This document shows positions 47,204 to 57,033 of a DNA stretch of 64,000 bases, in pieces. The stretch is taken from IMG/VR virus record IMGVR_UViG_3300023257_000007, positions 62,001-126,000 of that record, one strand, 5' to 3'. The position numbers and the translations under genes were made by a program. Numbering within the stretch: position 1 is the first letter of the stretch; every line of letters starts with the position of its first letter. The notes beneath the pieces are model-generated. The model was not told the DNA's origin, made no database searches, and was given only the letters and a program-made list of their open reading frames with translations.

Positions 47204-47231
47204 AAAGAGCCTTGTTTTTACAAGGCTCTTT
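47204..47231 (+). terminator. Intrinsic terminator after the sigma factor gene
   Basis: aaagagccttg/caaggctcttt. Confidence 0.75.
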
Positions 47232-47263
47232 CTACTTAAACTTATTAATAAAATTAACATATA

Positions 47264-47473
47264 ATGAGTAATATTTCGAAAGAAAATAAAAAATTAGCTA
47301 AAAACTGGTTTATAAAAAACATTGATAAATATAATCTATCAACTTGGGATGATGAAGATGATTCATACAAATTATTTGAAGATCTACATAAAGATACAAG
47401 CATTAATTATGAAGATAAATTATATTATAGAGAAGTTTTTACATTAGCCATGAAAATAAAAGATGAAATATAG
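47264..47473 (+). CDS. Small hypothetical protein
   Basis: 69-aa ORF overlapping the next gene. Confidence 0.65.
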   Translation: MSNISKENKKLAKNWFIKNIDKYNLSTWDDEDDSYKLFEDLHKDTSINYEDKLYYREVFTLAMKIKDEI

Positions 47474-47798
47474 AGTTTTTAAAGAAAGTATAGGATGGAG
47501 TGAAGGTTTATTTATATTTCCATTTGAAATTAAATTTAGTGAAATTAGTAATTTTCCACAAACACATTTTATATGTAAAGATAATTATTTAGGAGAATTT
47601 ACATTTGATTTAAAATTTTTAAAAATTTTAAATCAAGGTAAAATTAATGATAAAACTTTTTGGTTTGAATATTTGTTCGAACATGATTCAGATGATTCAA
47701 TTAAAAACAAAAAAGAACCTTTAATGAGAGAAGAACCTAAAATTGTCCCTAAAATAGTTCCTAAAAAGCAATTACCTGAAAATGAAAGTCTATTTTAA
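47463..47798 (+). CDS. Hypothetical protein
   Basis: 111-aa ORF in operon. Confidence 0.65.
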   Translation: MKYRVFKESIGWSEGLFIFPFEIKFSEISNFPQTHFICKDNYLGEFTFDLKFLKILNQGKINDKTFWFEYLFEHDSDDSIKNKKEPLMREEPKIVPKIVPKKQLPENESLF

Positions 47799-48139
47799 TG
47801 TGTAAAGTTGTTCATTTTAAAAAAGACAATTATGATATTTATATTGGTCGTTTACCTAATGATGAATATAATAAATGGTCTTATCCAAAATGTTTATCTG
47901 AACAAATGTCAGGTGTTACAAGAATAGAGAAAATAAATGCTTATGAATATTATTTAATTAATAATGAAGAATTGATGAATAATTTACATGAACTTAAATA
48001 TAAAACTTTAGGATGTTGGTGTAAAGACAAAGGAGGCGGAGGTAAAAAATGTCATGGAGACATAATTAAAAAATACGTAGATAAATTAGAACTTAAAGAT
48101 AAACAAAAAAATCTTAATTATAATGATTGGGATTTTTAA
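47798..48139 (+). CDS. DUF4326-domain protein
   Basis: VVH....YDIYIGR, KW..P, LGCWCK....CHGDII. Confidence 0.82.
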   Translation: MCKVVHFKKDNYDIYIGRLPNDEYNKWSYPKCLSEQMSGVTRIEKINAYEYYLINNEELMNNLHELKYKTLGCWCKDKGGGGKKCHGDIIKKYVDKLELKDKQKNLNYNDWDF

Positions 48140-48217
48140 AGAAAAATGATTTGGAATTGATTTTTTTTAACAAAAAAATTTAGTATTTTAGTAATAGGTA
48201 AAAAAAAAGAATGATAT

Positions 48218-48610
48218 GTGATGAACAAAGATAAAATAATACCTACTCACAATGGTTTAGAAAGAATAAGAACATATACAATAGAAGAAGTTTTTAAATG
48301 GATTGACGATAATCCAAGAAAAACATACTGGGAAGACGGAGAATATAGGATTAAAATGACACGAGCAAAAATTTTTAAAAAGAAAGGATTAATTTGCTCT
48401 ATATGTGGGCTCGAAGGACTCTATTTTATATTAGAAAAAGATAAAGGCGGTGGTATACACTTAGATTTATATGGTTTAGAAAATGAAGTTGAAATATTAC
48501 TCACAGTTGACCACATAATTCCTAAATCTAAAGGTGGTATAAATAATATAATAAATTATCAAACCATGTGTAAATATTGTAATGAATTAAAATCAGATGA
48601 TAACTTTTAA
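48218..48610 (+). CDS. HNH endonuclease
   Basis: CSICG..LTVDHIIPKSKGG.N..NYQTMCKYCNELK. Confidence 0.88.
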   Translation: MMNKDKIIPTHNGLERIRTYTIEEVFKWIDDNPRKTYWEDGEYRIKMTRAKIFKKKGLICSICGLEGLYFILEKDKGGGIHLDLYGLENEVEILLTVDHIIPKSKGGINNIINYQTMCKYCNELKSDDNF

Positions 48611-48623
48611 AAATTAAAAAATA

Positions 48624-48875
48624 ATGAAAAACGAAAAAACAAACAAAGAAGAAATAAAAATTAACGGTAAAGATCTTTTAAGTAAGATTAAAAAGGTAAT
48701 TAAAGAAGGTAATGTTAAAAAAATTACAGTCAAAAATTCAAAAGATGAATCAGTATTAAGTATTCCTGTTACAGCAGGTCTATTAATGTTAGTAATTGCA
48801 CCTTATCTTATAATTATAGCATCTCTTACTGCTTATGCTATTGATTATACACTTGTAATTGAAAGAAAAGAATAA
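48624..48875 (+). CDS. DUF4342-like small protein
   Basis: LLSKIKKVIKEGNVKKITVK..IPVTAG plus hydrophobic hairpin. Confidence 0.75.
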   Translation: MKNEKTNKEEIKINGKDLLSKIKKVIKEGNVKKITVKNSKDESVLSIPVTAGLLMLVIAPYLIIIASLTAYAIDYTLVIERKE

Positions 48876-48878
48876 AAT

Positions 48879-49268
48879 ATGTTATATTTCTTATTAGGAT
48901 TATTATCAGGAATTATATTAACAACATTTTATCTAATTTACAAATTTAAAAATTCCTTTAAATTTATAAATTACAGAATTGATTCAATTGAACAAGAAAT
49001 GTATGATGAATCAAATTCAATATACAATATGGTTGAAAAAATTGTAGATGATGTTAATAATAATAAAAATGTTATTCAAGATATTGATAAAGATACTAAC
49101 ATATTGGCATCAAATCAAAAATTAATAAGTGATTTAATATTAGATAAAAATAATACTAAAAATAACAAATCAACAAAATTAACTATTGATAATGTTTTAG
49201 ATAAAATTAGTAGTGAAGGATTAGAAAATCTAACAGATGAAGAACGTGACATTTTAAATAATATGTAA
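48879..49268 (+). CDS. Membrane-anchored protein with C-terminal DUF6576-like motif
   Basis: N-terminal TM; IDNVLDKISSEGLENLTDEERDIL. Confidence 0.7.
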   Translation: MLYFLLGLLSGIILTTFYLIYKFKNSFKFINYRIDSIEQEMYDESNSIYNMVEKIVDDVNNNKNVIQDIDKDTNILASNQKLISDLILDKNNTKNNKSTKLTIDNVLDKISSEGLENLTDEERDILNNM

Positions 49269-49891
49269 TGACAGACTTTGAAAAAATATATAAATTAGAA
49301 ACTGGAGAATATCCTAGTCGCATAGATATGCATTCTGAAAGATCTATATTTACTAGTGAATATGTTGAATGGTTAGAAGAACGACTTGATTCTAGTAAAC
49401 AAAAACCAATGGTTAGAACAATCAAAAGAATGTTTAACCATTCTTTTAAAAAAGAATGGTATGAAACATACTGGGGTTTTGATTTGCATGGTACTATTTT
49501 AATTCCAAATCATATTAAAGGTCATTTAGATACAGAATTTTATCCTTATGCAAAAGAATGTATGCAAATATTATCTAAAAGAAAAGATGTTAAAATGTTT
49601 ACATGGTCTTCATCACATCTATATGAATTAGAATCATATATAAATTTCATGAAAGAAAATAACATTGAATTTGATTATATACAAGAAAATCCTGAAATAT
49701 CATCAAGTAAAGGTTTTTTCGGTTATTATGAACAAAAACCTTATTTTAATGTTATGTTTGAAGATAAATCTGGATTCTTTCCAGAAGAATGGAAAGACAT
49801 ATATAAATTACTAAAATACTATGAAAATAATAATATTTATCCAAATCCCGAATGGGATATGAAAACTGAACCAGGTGGTTCTCTAGAATAA
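49268..49891 (+). CDS. HAD-like hypothetical protein
   Basis: YWGFDLHGTIL, TWSSS, MFEDKSGF. Confidence 0.65.
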   Translation: MTDFEKIYKLETGEYPSRIDMHSERSIFTSEYVEWLEERLDSSKQKPMVRTIKRMFNHSFKKEWYETYWGFDLHGTILIPNHIKGHLDTEFYPYAKECMQILSKRKDVKMFTWSSSHLYELESYINFMKENNIEFDYIQENPEISSSKGFFGYYEQKPYFNVMFEDKSGFFPEEWKDIYKLLKYYENNNIYPNPEWDMKTEPGGSLE

Positions 49892-50121
49892 TGAGTTTAA
49901 ACATAAATTATAAAATAAAATGTTATACATCTATTAAAACAGAAAGTTTCATAATGGAGTATTCTTCAAATAAATTTGCTGAAAATTTAGATAAATTAAT
50001 ATCTGATATTATTAAAAAAGCAGAAAATCAAGAAAATGTTGAAGTTTACGATTTTAATATCGCAATTGATGCGGATAATAATTATCATATAATTATCAAA
50101 TATAAAAAATACGAAAATTAA
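49891..50121 (+). CDS. Small hypothetical protein
   Basis: 76 aa, TAATG-coupled. Confidence 0.6.
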   Translation: MSLNINYKIKCYTSIKTESFIMEYSSNKFAENLDKLISDIIKKAENQENVEVYDFNIAIDADNNYHIIIKYKKYEN

Positions 50122-50137
50122 AAAAATAAATAAAATT

Positions 50138-50512
50138 ATGACAAAACAACTAACAACAGAGGAATTTAAAGAAAAAATATTTGACTTTACTCAATTAAAT
50201 GAAAATAATCAAAAATGGCATTTTAAAGGTGGTAAACCTTGTATAATTGATTTTTATGCAGAATGGTGTGGACCTTGTAAAATGGTAGAACCAATTCTTG
50301 AAGAATTATCAGATGAATATTCTCAAATTGATTTTTATAAAGTTAATACTGAAACAGAATCAGAAATTTCACAAGTATTTGGTATTAAAAGTATACCAAC
50401 AATACTTTTTATTCCACTTGAAGGTGATCCACAAATTAATATGGGTGCACTTCCTAAAGAAGATTTTATAGAAGGTATAAATAATGTTTTACTAGGAAAG
50501 GAGACTGAATAA
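50138..50512 (+). CDS. trxA: Thioredoxin
   Basis: IDFYAEWCGPC, FGIKSIPT, GALPK. Confidence 0.93.
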   Translation: MTKQLTTEEFKEKIFDFTQLNENNQKWHFKGGKPCIIDFYAEWCGPCKMVEPILEELSDEYSQIDFYKVNTETESEISQVFGIKSIPTILFIPLEGDPQINMGALPKEDFIEGINNVLLGKETE

Positions 50513-50685
50513 TGAGTTGGCCAGCCTCACACCCTATCAAAGGACGGATAGATTGGAATGAACTTTCACTAGATGAAATGGTTGAATTCCTAAGAAGCAA
50601 ATATATGTTTCTATCTTCTGGTGAAGCTAAATGTGTAATGGAATTGATAGATTTCTATGAAAAACATAAAGAGGTTGACAAATAA
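50512..50685 (+). CDS. Small hypothetical protein (57 aa; not in ORF track)
   Basis: MSWPASHPIKGRIDWNELSLDEM...; TAATG coupling to thioredoxin, followed by a hairpin. Confidence 0.6.
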   Translation: MSWPASHPIKGRIDWNELSLDEMVEFLRSKYMFLSSGEAKCVMELIDFYEKHKEVDK

Positions 50686-50740
50686 GAAGTAAATCTTAAT
50701 AAAAATCCTAATATAATTTTTTATGTTAGGATTTTTTCGT

Positions 50741-50748
50741 TATATTTG
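50741..50748 (+). promoter_or_regulatory. Possible Bacteroidota-type -7 promoter element TATATTTG
   Basis: TAnnTTTG 29 nt upstream of the ATG at 50777, after a terminator. Confidence 0.45.
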
Positions 50749-50776
50749 AGTATTAATAACTAAAAAATATAAAACT

Positions 50777-51073
50777 ATGGATTTTAAAAACGCATTTATT
50801 GACGACTTACTTTATAGTATGAATGAATATTTACCTAAATTAAAAACAATTGCATGGTATCCAGAACCTTTCACAATTATTCTAATTTTAGGAGAAAATG
50901 TTTATGATTTTGATTATGAAAATAAAATGAAATTATACGAAATAACTGAAGAACTTTGTGATGAATATGAATATAATTTCGAAAAAATAAAAGAAAAATT
51001 AAATGTTATTGAATCAATTATATCAGAAGGTAAACACACACTTAATTATAATCATATAGACGAAAATGAGTAA
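50777..51073 (+). CDS. Hypothetical protein
   Basis: 98-aa ORF. Confidence 0.65.
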   Translation: MDFKNAFIDDLLYSMNEYLPKLKTIAWYPEPFTIILILGENVYDFDYENKMKLYEITEELCDEYEYNFEKIKEKLNVIESIISEGKHTLNYNHIDENE

Positions 51074-51968
51074 ACAGAAAAAAGTATCAGATAAGTTTGA
51101 AGAAGCTTTTGATTACACTCCTCTAACCGAAAGGAAAGAAGATATTCAAAGACAATTCTACAAAGTATTTAATGGTGATGGAAAAGACCTTAAAAAAGGA
51201 ACCGGAAACCTTATTACTTCATTGATTGCACTTTGCGAAGAATCAGGATGGGATTATGAAGAACTTGTCGATGATACATTAAATATAATTGATGCAAGAA
51301 TGGATCAATATAAATCACTTGGTAGAAAAGTTAGAATTGCAATTTATGGTGGAGCTTTTAATCCAATTACTAAAGGTCATATTGAAGTTGCACAATTTGT
51401 ATTAAATACAAGTAGATTATTTGATGAAGTTTGGTTTATGCCTGCATTTGGTCATATGTATAATAAAGAATTAGAATCTACTAAAGATAGATTAAATATG
51501 GCTAATTTAGCTTTAAATGATGGTCGAATAAAAGTATTTGATTACGAAATTGAAAATCATATGAGCGGTGAAACTTTTAGATTAGTTAAAAAACTAAAAG
51601 AAGATATTAAATTTAAAGATAAGTTTGATTTTTCATTCATTATAGGAATAGATAATGCAAACACATTCGACAAATGGGTTAATTATAAACATCTTGAAAA
51701 ACTTATACCATTTGTAATAATTCCAAGGAAAGGATATAAAACAGAAGAAGGTGTTGATTGGTATAGAAAATCACATCACATCTTTTTGGCAGGTGATGTT
51801 TATTCTTCTCCAATTAGAGAAATATCTTCAACAGATGTAAGAGAAGTCATTAAAAATTATTATGAATCAGATGATATTGAAGAACAATTTGCGTTAATTG
51901 AAGATTTAAGAGAAATGGTTGGAAATGAAGTATCAGAATATATTATAGAAAACAAATTATATAACTAA
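51066..51968 (+). CDS. nadD: Nicotinate/nicotinamide-nucleotide adenylyltransferase (NadD) with about 90-aa extra N-terminal helical domain
   Basis: IAIYGGAFNPITKGH, VWFMPAF.H, R..M, FIIGIDN, ISST.VR. Confidence 0.87.
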   Translation: MSKQKKVSDKFEEAFDYTPLTERKEDIQRQFYKVFNGDGKDLKKGTGNLITSLIALCEESGWDYEELVDDTLNIIDARMDQYKSLGRKVRIAIYGGAFNPITKGHIEVAQFVLNTSRLFDEVWFMPAFGHMYNKELESTKDRLNMANLALNDGRIKVFDYEIENHMSGETFRLVKKLKEDIKFKDKFDFSFIIGIDNANTFDKWVNYKHLEKLIPFVIIPRKGYKTEEGVDWYRKSHHIFLAGDVYSSPIREISSTDVREVIKNYYESDDIEEQFALIEDLREMVGNEVSEYIIENKLYN

Positions 51969-51979
51969 AACAAAAAACT

Positions 51980-52720
51980 ATGTTAGGATCTAAAAGAAGA
52001 AAAATTAATAAATTAGAAAAAGAAAACACAGAACTAAAAGAAAAACTTGAAAAAAAGAACAAGAAAAAAGAGAAAAATGGACCAGGTTTTTGGACAAGTA
52101 TAGGAAATTCTTTAAAATCTAAGAAAAGAAAAGAATCTGAAGCTGAAGTTGAAAAATTAAGATTGGAAAATGAAAAATTAAAAGAAAATAAAAAAACTAA
52201 ACTTGGCGAAGGTATCCAAAATATTGAAGACAAATCCAACGAAATTACTGGTGATATTTGGACTAAAATTAGTGAAATGTCAGATAAAATGAACTCATCT
52301 ATTTTTAATGGTGCAAATGTTGCAAATGATACAGGTAACAAAATAATTGAAAATCTTAAAGATAAAATTGGTGAATTATCTGATCAAGCAACTGACATGA
52401 AATTAGAAGAAATTCTTTCTAATAATTTCAATGAAAGCCTTTTTGTGAAGGCTATATTAGAAGGTAAAATAAATTTTACTTTTAAAGGCGAAAGAAATAT
52501 TTATGATTTTATGACAGTTACTGGTACTAAATATATCTGGAAATCAGATTATGAATATTTTGAATTTACATTACTTAGAAAAGTTGATAAAACTGCTGAA
52601 TTCATATTCAAAATCAATCATATTGATGTAAAAGTTACAATGATTCATGTAAATTATAATAGATTGTATAATGCAATTATAAATAAAAAAGATGAAACTC
52701 AATTAATTTTAACAAAATAA
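51980..52720 (+). CDS. Hypothetical coiled-coil protein
   Basis: 246-aa ORF. Confidence 0.72.
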   Translation: MLGSKRRKINKLEKENTELKEKLEKKNKKKEKNGPGFWTSIGNSLKSKKRKESEAEVEKLRLENEKLKENKKTKLGEGIQNIEDKSNEITGDIWTKISEMSDKMNSSIFNGANVANDTGNKIIENLKDKIGELSDQATDMKLEEILSNNFNESLFVKAILEGKINFTFKGERNIYDFMTVTGTKYIWKSDYEYFEFTLLRKVDKTAEFIFKINHIDVKVTMIHVNYNRLYNAIINKKDETQLILTK

Positions 52721-52722
52721 AA

Positions 52723-52848
52723 ATGTGGTATAAAATAGCAAAAAGTTTAATAGTTGCGGCATTGGCGGTAATATCAACAAAAGTTTCTTTTGATGTGATG
52801 AAAAAATCAGATGAAAAGATAGAAAAAGAAAATAATAAAAATGGATAA
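52723..52848 (+). CDS. Small membrane peptide (41 aa; not in ORF track)
   Basis: MWYKIAKSLIVAALAVISTKVSF...; fills the gap and overlaps the next start. Confidence 0.55.
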   Translation: MWYKIAKSLIVAALAVISTKVSFDVMKKSDEKIEKENNKNG

Positions 52849-53275
52849 ATCCATAGAAGAATATCAAGAAAGTCTAGAAAATAAAGAAATTATTATAGAA
52901 TTACTTAAAGAAAAAGTTGATAATCTAAATATAGAATTAGAAAATTATAGTTTTGAAATGATACAAACCACCAAAAATGGGTATAAAATGTATCGTCTCG
53001 ATCCATATTTTAAAGAAACTAAAATCGAAGAATTACAAGATTTTAGAGATAATATAAAAAATCCCACCATAAAGAAAATTACACAAGAGATAATTTTTTG
53101 TATAGACAAGGAAGAAATACCTGAAATTGTCCTTCTAAATGAAAATGAGTATCAAATTTTACAGGAATATTTCGATGAAATACTTCAAAATGATAATGAT
53201 AAAAAAATTCACCTTCCCGAAATAAGTTTAACAGTATATGTTTGCAAGGATTTGAAAAAATTAATTGTAAAATAA
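52841..53275 (+). CDS. Hypothetical protein
   Basis: 144-aa ORF. Confidence 0.68.
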   Translation: MDKSIEEYQESLENKEIIIELLKEKVDNLNIELENYSFEMIQTTKNGYKMYRLDPYFKETKIEELQDFRDNIKNPTIKKITQEIIFCIDKEEIPEIVLLNENEYQILQEYFDEILQNDNDKKIHLPEISLTVYVCKDLKKLIVK

Positions 53276-53413
53276 TTTAAACTTGACTATCTAATTAAAA
53301 TATATAAAGTTGTAGTAGAAAATTTTGGTCTTGTTAGTTTTGAGTCAAATGGCTTTAGAATCGTAAAACGATGAAAAAATTAGCAATTCAAAAACAAAAA
53401 TAAAAAATTAACT

Positions 53414-54388
53414 ATGACACATTACAGAATGTCGGACAGAGATCCGAGTGCCGTTATTATGGCAAAAAATCCACGCACTGGTTCCCTAGAGGAACTAAAA
53501 ATCTACATAGGAAATATAGTATATCTACAAGATAGACAAGAATTCCAACTTAGATTATTTAATCCAACCCACGAAAAACTTGGTGTACAAATCAATTTAA
53601 ATGGGAAAATTAATGATCAAGTCCTAATATTAAACCCAGGACAAGATTACACAATTGATCGTTTTCTTAACGAACAAAAAAAGATGTTATTTGAAACCTA
53701 TTCAATAGATGGTGGAAATGCATCAGCTAAAAAAGCAATTGAACTTAACGGTTTAGTTGAAATCAATTTCTTCAAAGAACAAAATCATTCATACACAACT
53801 ACTACAACTGGTGTGAATAATATTCAATTCGGATCTAACTTTACTATCACAAATTCAAATTCTAGATGTTATGATTCAGGTACTATAAATTTAGGCGATA
53901 TGAATCAAATGCGGACGACTACAAAAGAAACTGATAACTCAATCTTTTTTTCATCAGATTTAGGTGATGTTCAAACAGGTGATTTAACTATAGACGGTGG
54001 TGATTTAACTACAGATAGTTTAACTACAGATAGTTTAACAATTGAAGGTGATTTAACTGTAACAGGTGACTTAAATCTTACATCTTCACAAAAACTTTCT
54101 TCAAAAGGAAAAGGTAAAGGTAAACGTAAAAGAATATCTAAATCTATTAAATCTGAAAAAGTTGAAACAGGTAGAGTAGAAAAAGGTAAAATATCAAACC
54201 AAAACTTTCAACATGTTGAAGTTGAATTTGATACTAATTCACCTATATTAACTCTAAATTATCAACTTAAACCAATAAGTTCTAAGACTTATGAAGTCAA
54301 AGAAATTAGAAACTATTGTTTAGATTGTGGTTACAGAATAAGAAAACAATCATGGATGTATTGCCCAAAATGTGGTGAAGAATTATAA
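53414..54388 (+). CDS. Hypothetical protein with C-terminal zinc ribbon and internal GDLT repeats
   Basis: EFQLRLFNP..L.PGQ..IDRF..NGLVEI.FFKE; CLDCG..CPKCG. Confidence 0.75.
   Translation: MTHYRMSDRDPSAVIMAKNPRTGSLEELKIYIGNIVYLQDRQEFQLRLFNPTHEKLGVQINLNGKINDQVLILNPGQDYTIDRFLNEQKKMLFETYSIDGGNASAKKAIELNGLVEINFFKEQNHSYTTTTTGVNNIQFGSNFTITNSNSRCYDSGTINLGDMNQMRTTTKETDNSIFFSSDLGDVQTGDLTIDGGDLTTDSLTTDSLTIEGDLTVTGDLNLTSSQKLSSKGKGKGKRKRISKSIKSEKVETGRVEKGKISNQNFQHVEVEFDTNSPILTLNYQLKPISSKTYEVKEIRNYCLDCGYRIRKQSWMYCPKCGEEL
54004..54039 (+). repeat. 15-nt tandem repeat (about 2.4 copies) inside CDS
   Basis: tttaactacagatag x2 + tttaac, encoding LTTDS LTTDS LT. Confidence 0.85.
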
Positions 54389-54421
54389 TCCAAAAGGATA
54401 TTAAAAAATAATCTAAAAATA

Positions 54422-55069
54422 ATGAAAACAACTAAAATAAACAATGAATATACAAAAATTATTTGCATCCTTGATAGATCAACATCAATGGGTGTTATAA
54501 TTGATCAAGCAATTAATGGATTTAATGAATTTTTAATTGGACAACAAAATTGTGAAGGTAAAGCTTCAATGACAACTGTTATGTTTGATTCATCATATGA
54601 AAAACTATACGAAAATATAGATATTCATAAAGTTGAAAAATTCAACAGAAAAACATATTCTCCGAGAGGATGTACAGCGCTTTATGATGCAATAGGTGTC
54701 ACAATAGATGAAGAAATTGATAATCTAGGAGAAATTACATTAAAAGATAGACCAGATAAAACATTGTGTGTTATTTTAACAGATGGTGAAGAAAATTCAA
54801 GTAAACAATATAATCAATCTAAAATTAAAACATTGGTTGATGATATGAAAGAAAACTTTAACTGGGAATTTATTTTCTTAGCCGCTAACCAAGATGCAGC
54901 ATTAGCCGCAACTTCAATCGGTATTTCAACTGGAAATTCTATGACATTTGACTATTCAGATGATGGTATTAATGCCGCTTATACTACATTAAATGTTGCT
55001 GCTTCTAATTTTAGAAGTGCTTCAAAAGGTGTAAAAACGGATTCTTTGATAGAAGACATTGAAGAATAA
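54422..55069 (+). CDS. von Willebrand factor A (vWA) domain protein
   Basis: MIDAS ILDRSTSM, GCTALYDAIG, VILTDGEENSS, WEFIFLAAN. Confidence 0.9.
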   Translation: MKTTKINNEYTKIICILDRSTSMGVIIDQAINGFNEFLIGQQNCEGKASMTTVMFDSSYEKLYENIDIHKVEKFNRKTYSPRGCTALYDAIGVTIDEEIDNLGEITLKDRPDKTLCVILTDGEENSSKQYNQSKIKTLVDDMKENFNWEFIFLAANQDAALAATSIGISTGNSMTFDYSDDGINAAYTTLNVAASNFRSASKGVKTDSLIEDIEE

Positions 55070-55090
55070 TTTAGAATAATTCTAAATAAG

Positions 55091-55119
55091 AAAGTCCTCA
55101 AATTTTTTGAGGACTTTTT
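55091..55119 (+). terminator. Intrinsic terminator
   Basis: aaagtcctcaaa/tttgaggacttt followed by T tract. Confidence 0.75.
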
Positions 55120-55162
55120 ATTTTTTAACACATATATTTATAAGAAAAATAAAAGTAAAAAA

Positions 55163-55495
55163 ATGAAAAGATTTGACGAAAAAAAACATATATTAGAACA
55201 ATATCAACAAATGATAAATAGCTTCGATAAATTACAAATCATTTCAATTTATCTCAAATATATCATTGATAATGTTGAAACTGATAAAGATCTTTTAGAA
55301 TTAGACTTAGATTTACCAATCTTAAATAATCAATTTTCAATTGATGGAGATAAAATATACAGATTTCAACTTGAAATAGATAAACTGTTTAATAAACTAA
55401 AAATAAACAAAAATATAAAAATAGATGATGCAAGATTCATCGAAATTAGTAAAAGATTATTAGAATATGCAAAATCAAAAGACGAAGCCGCTTAA
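55163..55495 (+). CDS. Hypothetical protein
   Basis: 110-aa ORF. Confidence 0.65.
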   Translation: MKRFDEKKHILEQYQQMINSFDKLQIISIYLKYIIDNVETDKDLLELDLDLPILNNQFSIDGDKIYRFQLEIDKLFNKLKINKNIKIDDARFIEISKRLLEYAKSKDEAA

Positions 55496-56981
55496 TGTTG
55501 ACTTAAGTAAAATCATTAAGAAAGAAAACGCACATCCACTACTAGAAAACGCAATTATTAGAATGATATCAACATCACACTTACCATATTACGGTGAGTT
55601 TGCTCTTTTTGTTACATTCATTGAAGCAAAAATAGGAACATGTGGTGTAAGTGTTAATAAAAACGGTAATATGATATTTTATTGGGATCCTGAATGGGTC
55701 TCAAAACAATCAATGGGTTCTACTATATTTGTAATGGTACATGAAATTTTTCATTTATTATTTTCACATATTAAAAGGACAGTAGGTTATAATAAGAATC
55801 TATCTAATGTTGCACAAGATATGATTATTAATTCAATTATATATTCAGATCTTATGTTAGGTGAAAAATTGGGACCTGGTTATGAAAATTTTATAGAAGT
55901 TCCACTAGATGATGATGGTAAAAACACAGCATTATTTGTACCTAAAGAATATGATGGACCTTGGGTATTTGAATCTTTATATAAATGGTTGAAAGAAGAA
56001 TATAAAGAATGGAAAGAAGAAAATTCGGACAAATGTAATGACGGAAAATTAACCATTAATGTTGACAAAGATGGTAATATGACTATGCCTGGAAAAGAAG
56101 ACGAAGGTGGTGAACAAGAAGAAGATGGTGAAAATGGAGATCAAGAAAGTGGAAATGAAAAGGGTAAAGAAAAACTAGATTCAACTGGTAAGCCAATATA
56201 TGGTCCTTATGCTGAATCAGATTACCAAGATCAAAAAAGTGGTGAAAAAAGACACACAGACATTGATTGTTATTCTAAAGAACATATTTTTGAAGGTTTA
56301 GAAAGTAGTAAAGGTTTAACATTGGATTGTCACTTTGATGATGAAGTACCAGAAGAAATAAGAAGAGAAGTTGTAAATAGTGTAATGCAAAACCTTAAAA
56401 ATAGAGGTTTAGAAACATCAGATATTGCCGAAACATTAAGAAAACTTCAAAAATCTGAAAAAGATTATCTTAAATATATTAAAAGAAGTTTAAGTCACCA
56501 TGTATTTGGTACTAAAAAAATGAAATCTATCACCAAACCAAATCGTAGAGGTATCTGGGGATTAAAAGGCAATAGAAAATATAAAACAAAAATCAATTGT
56601 ATTTTAGATACATCTGGTTCTATGAGTGGTGAATTTGAAAAAGCTCTAGCTTATATTTTTCAAAATGATATTTCAGTTAACCTTATACAATGTGATACAG
56701 AAGTAAAAGATTTTATTGAAGTGACCGACAAAAATCAACTTAATCAAATGGAAATTAAAGGTTTAGGTGGCACAACACTAACACCAGGTATAAAATATAT
56801 TGCAAATAATAAAGATTTAAATAAATTAAATACAGTTATTCTTACAGATGGATATGTTGATCAATTAGATTTTACAGGTGTAAAAGGAAAAGTTTTGATT
56901 ATATCAAATTCTGTTGAATGTCCTATATTAAAATCAAACAATAAAATTAAGCAGATTATTATTGATAAGTCAAATGATTAA
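55467..56981 (+). CDS. HExxH metallopeptidase-like + vWA protein (DUF2201-like)
   Basis: VHEIFHLLFSH..R, N.AQD..IN, acidic linker, ILDTSGSM, IQCD, GLGGT.L, ILTDG. Confidence 0.85.
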   Translation: MQNQKTKPLNVDLSKIIKKENAHPLLENAIIRMISTSHLPYYGEFALFVTFIEAKIGTCGVSVNKNGNMIFYWDPEWVSKQSMGSTIFVMVHEIFHLLFSHIKRTVGYNKNLSNVAQDMIINSIIYSDLMLGEKLGPGYENFIEVPLDDDGKNTALFVPKEYDGPWVFESLYKWLKEEYKEWKEENSDKCNDGKLTINVDKDGNMTMPGKEDEGGEQEEDGENGDQESGNEKGKEKLDSTGKPIYGPYAESDYQDQKSGEKRHTDIDCYSKEHIFEGLESSKGLTLDCHFDDEVPEEIRREVVNSVMQNLKNRGLETSDIAETLRKLQKSEKDYLKYIKRSLSHHVFGTKKMKSITKPNRRGIWGLKGNRKYKTKINCILDTSGSMSGEFEKALAYIFQNDISVNLIQCDTEVKDFIEVTDKNQLNQMEIKGLGGTTLTPGIKYIANNKDLNKLNTVILTDGYVDQLDFTGVKGKVLIISNSVECPILKSNNKIKQIIIDKSND

Positions 56982-57033
56982 TCAGATAATAAGTGATTTT
57001 TTAACAGATGGTTTTTAATATATAAAAATAAAA

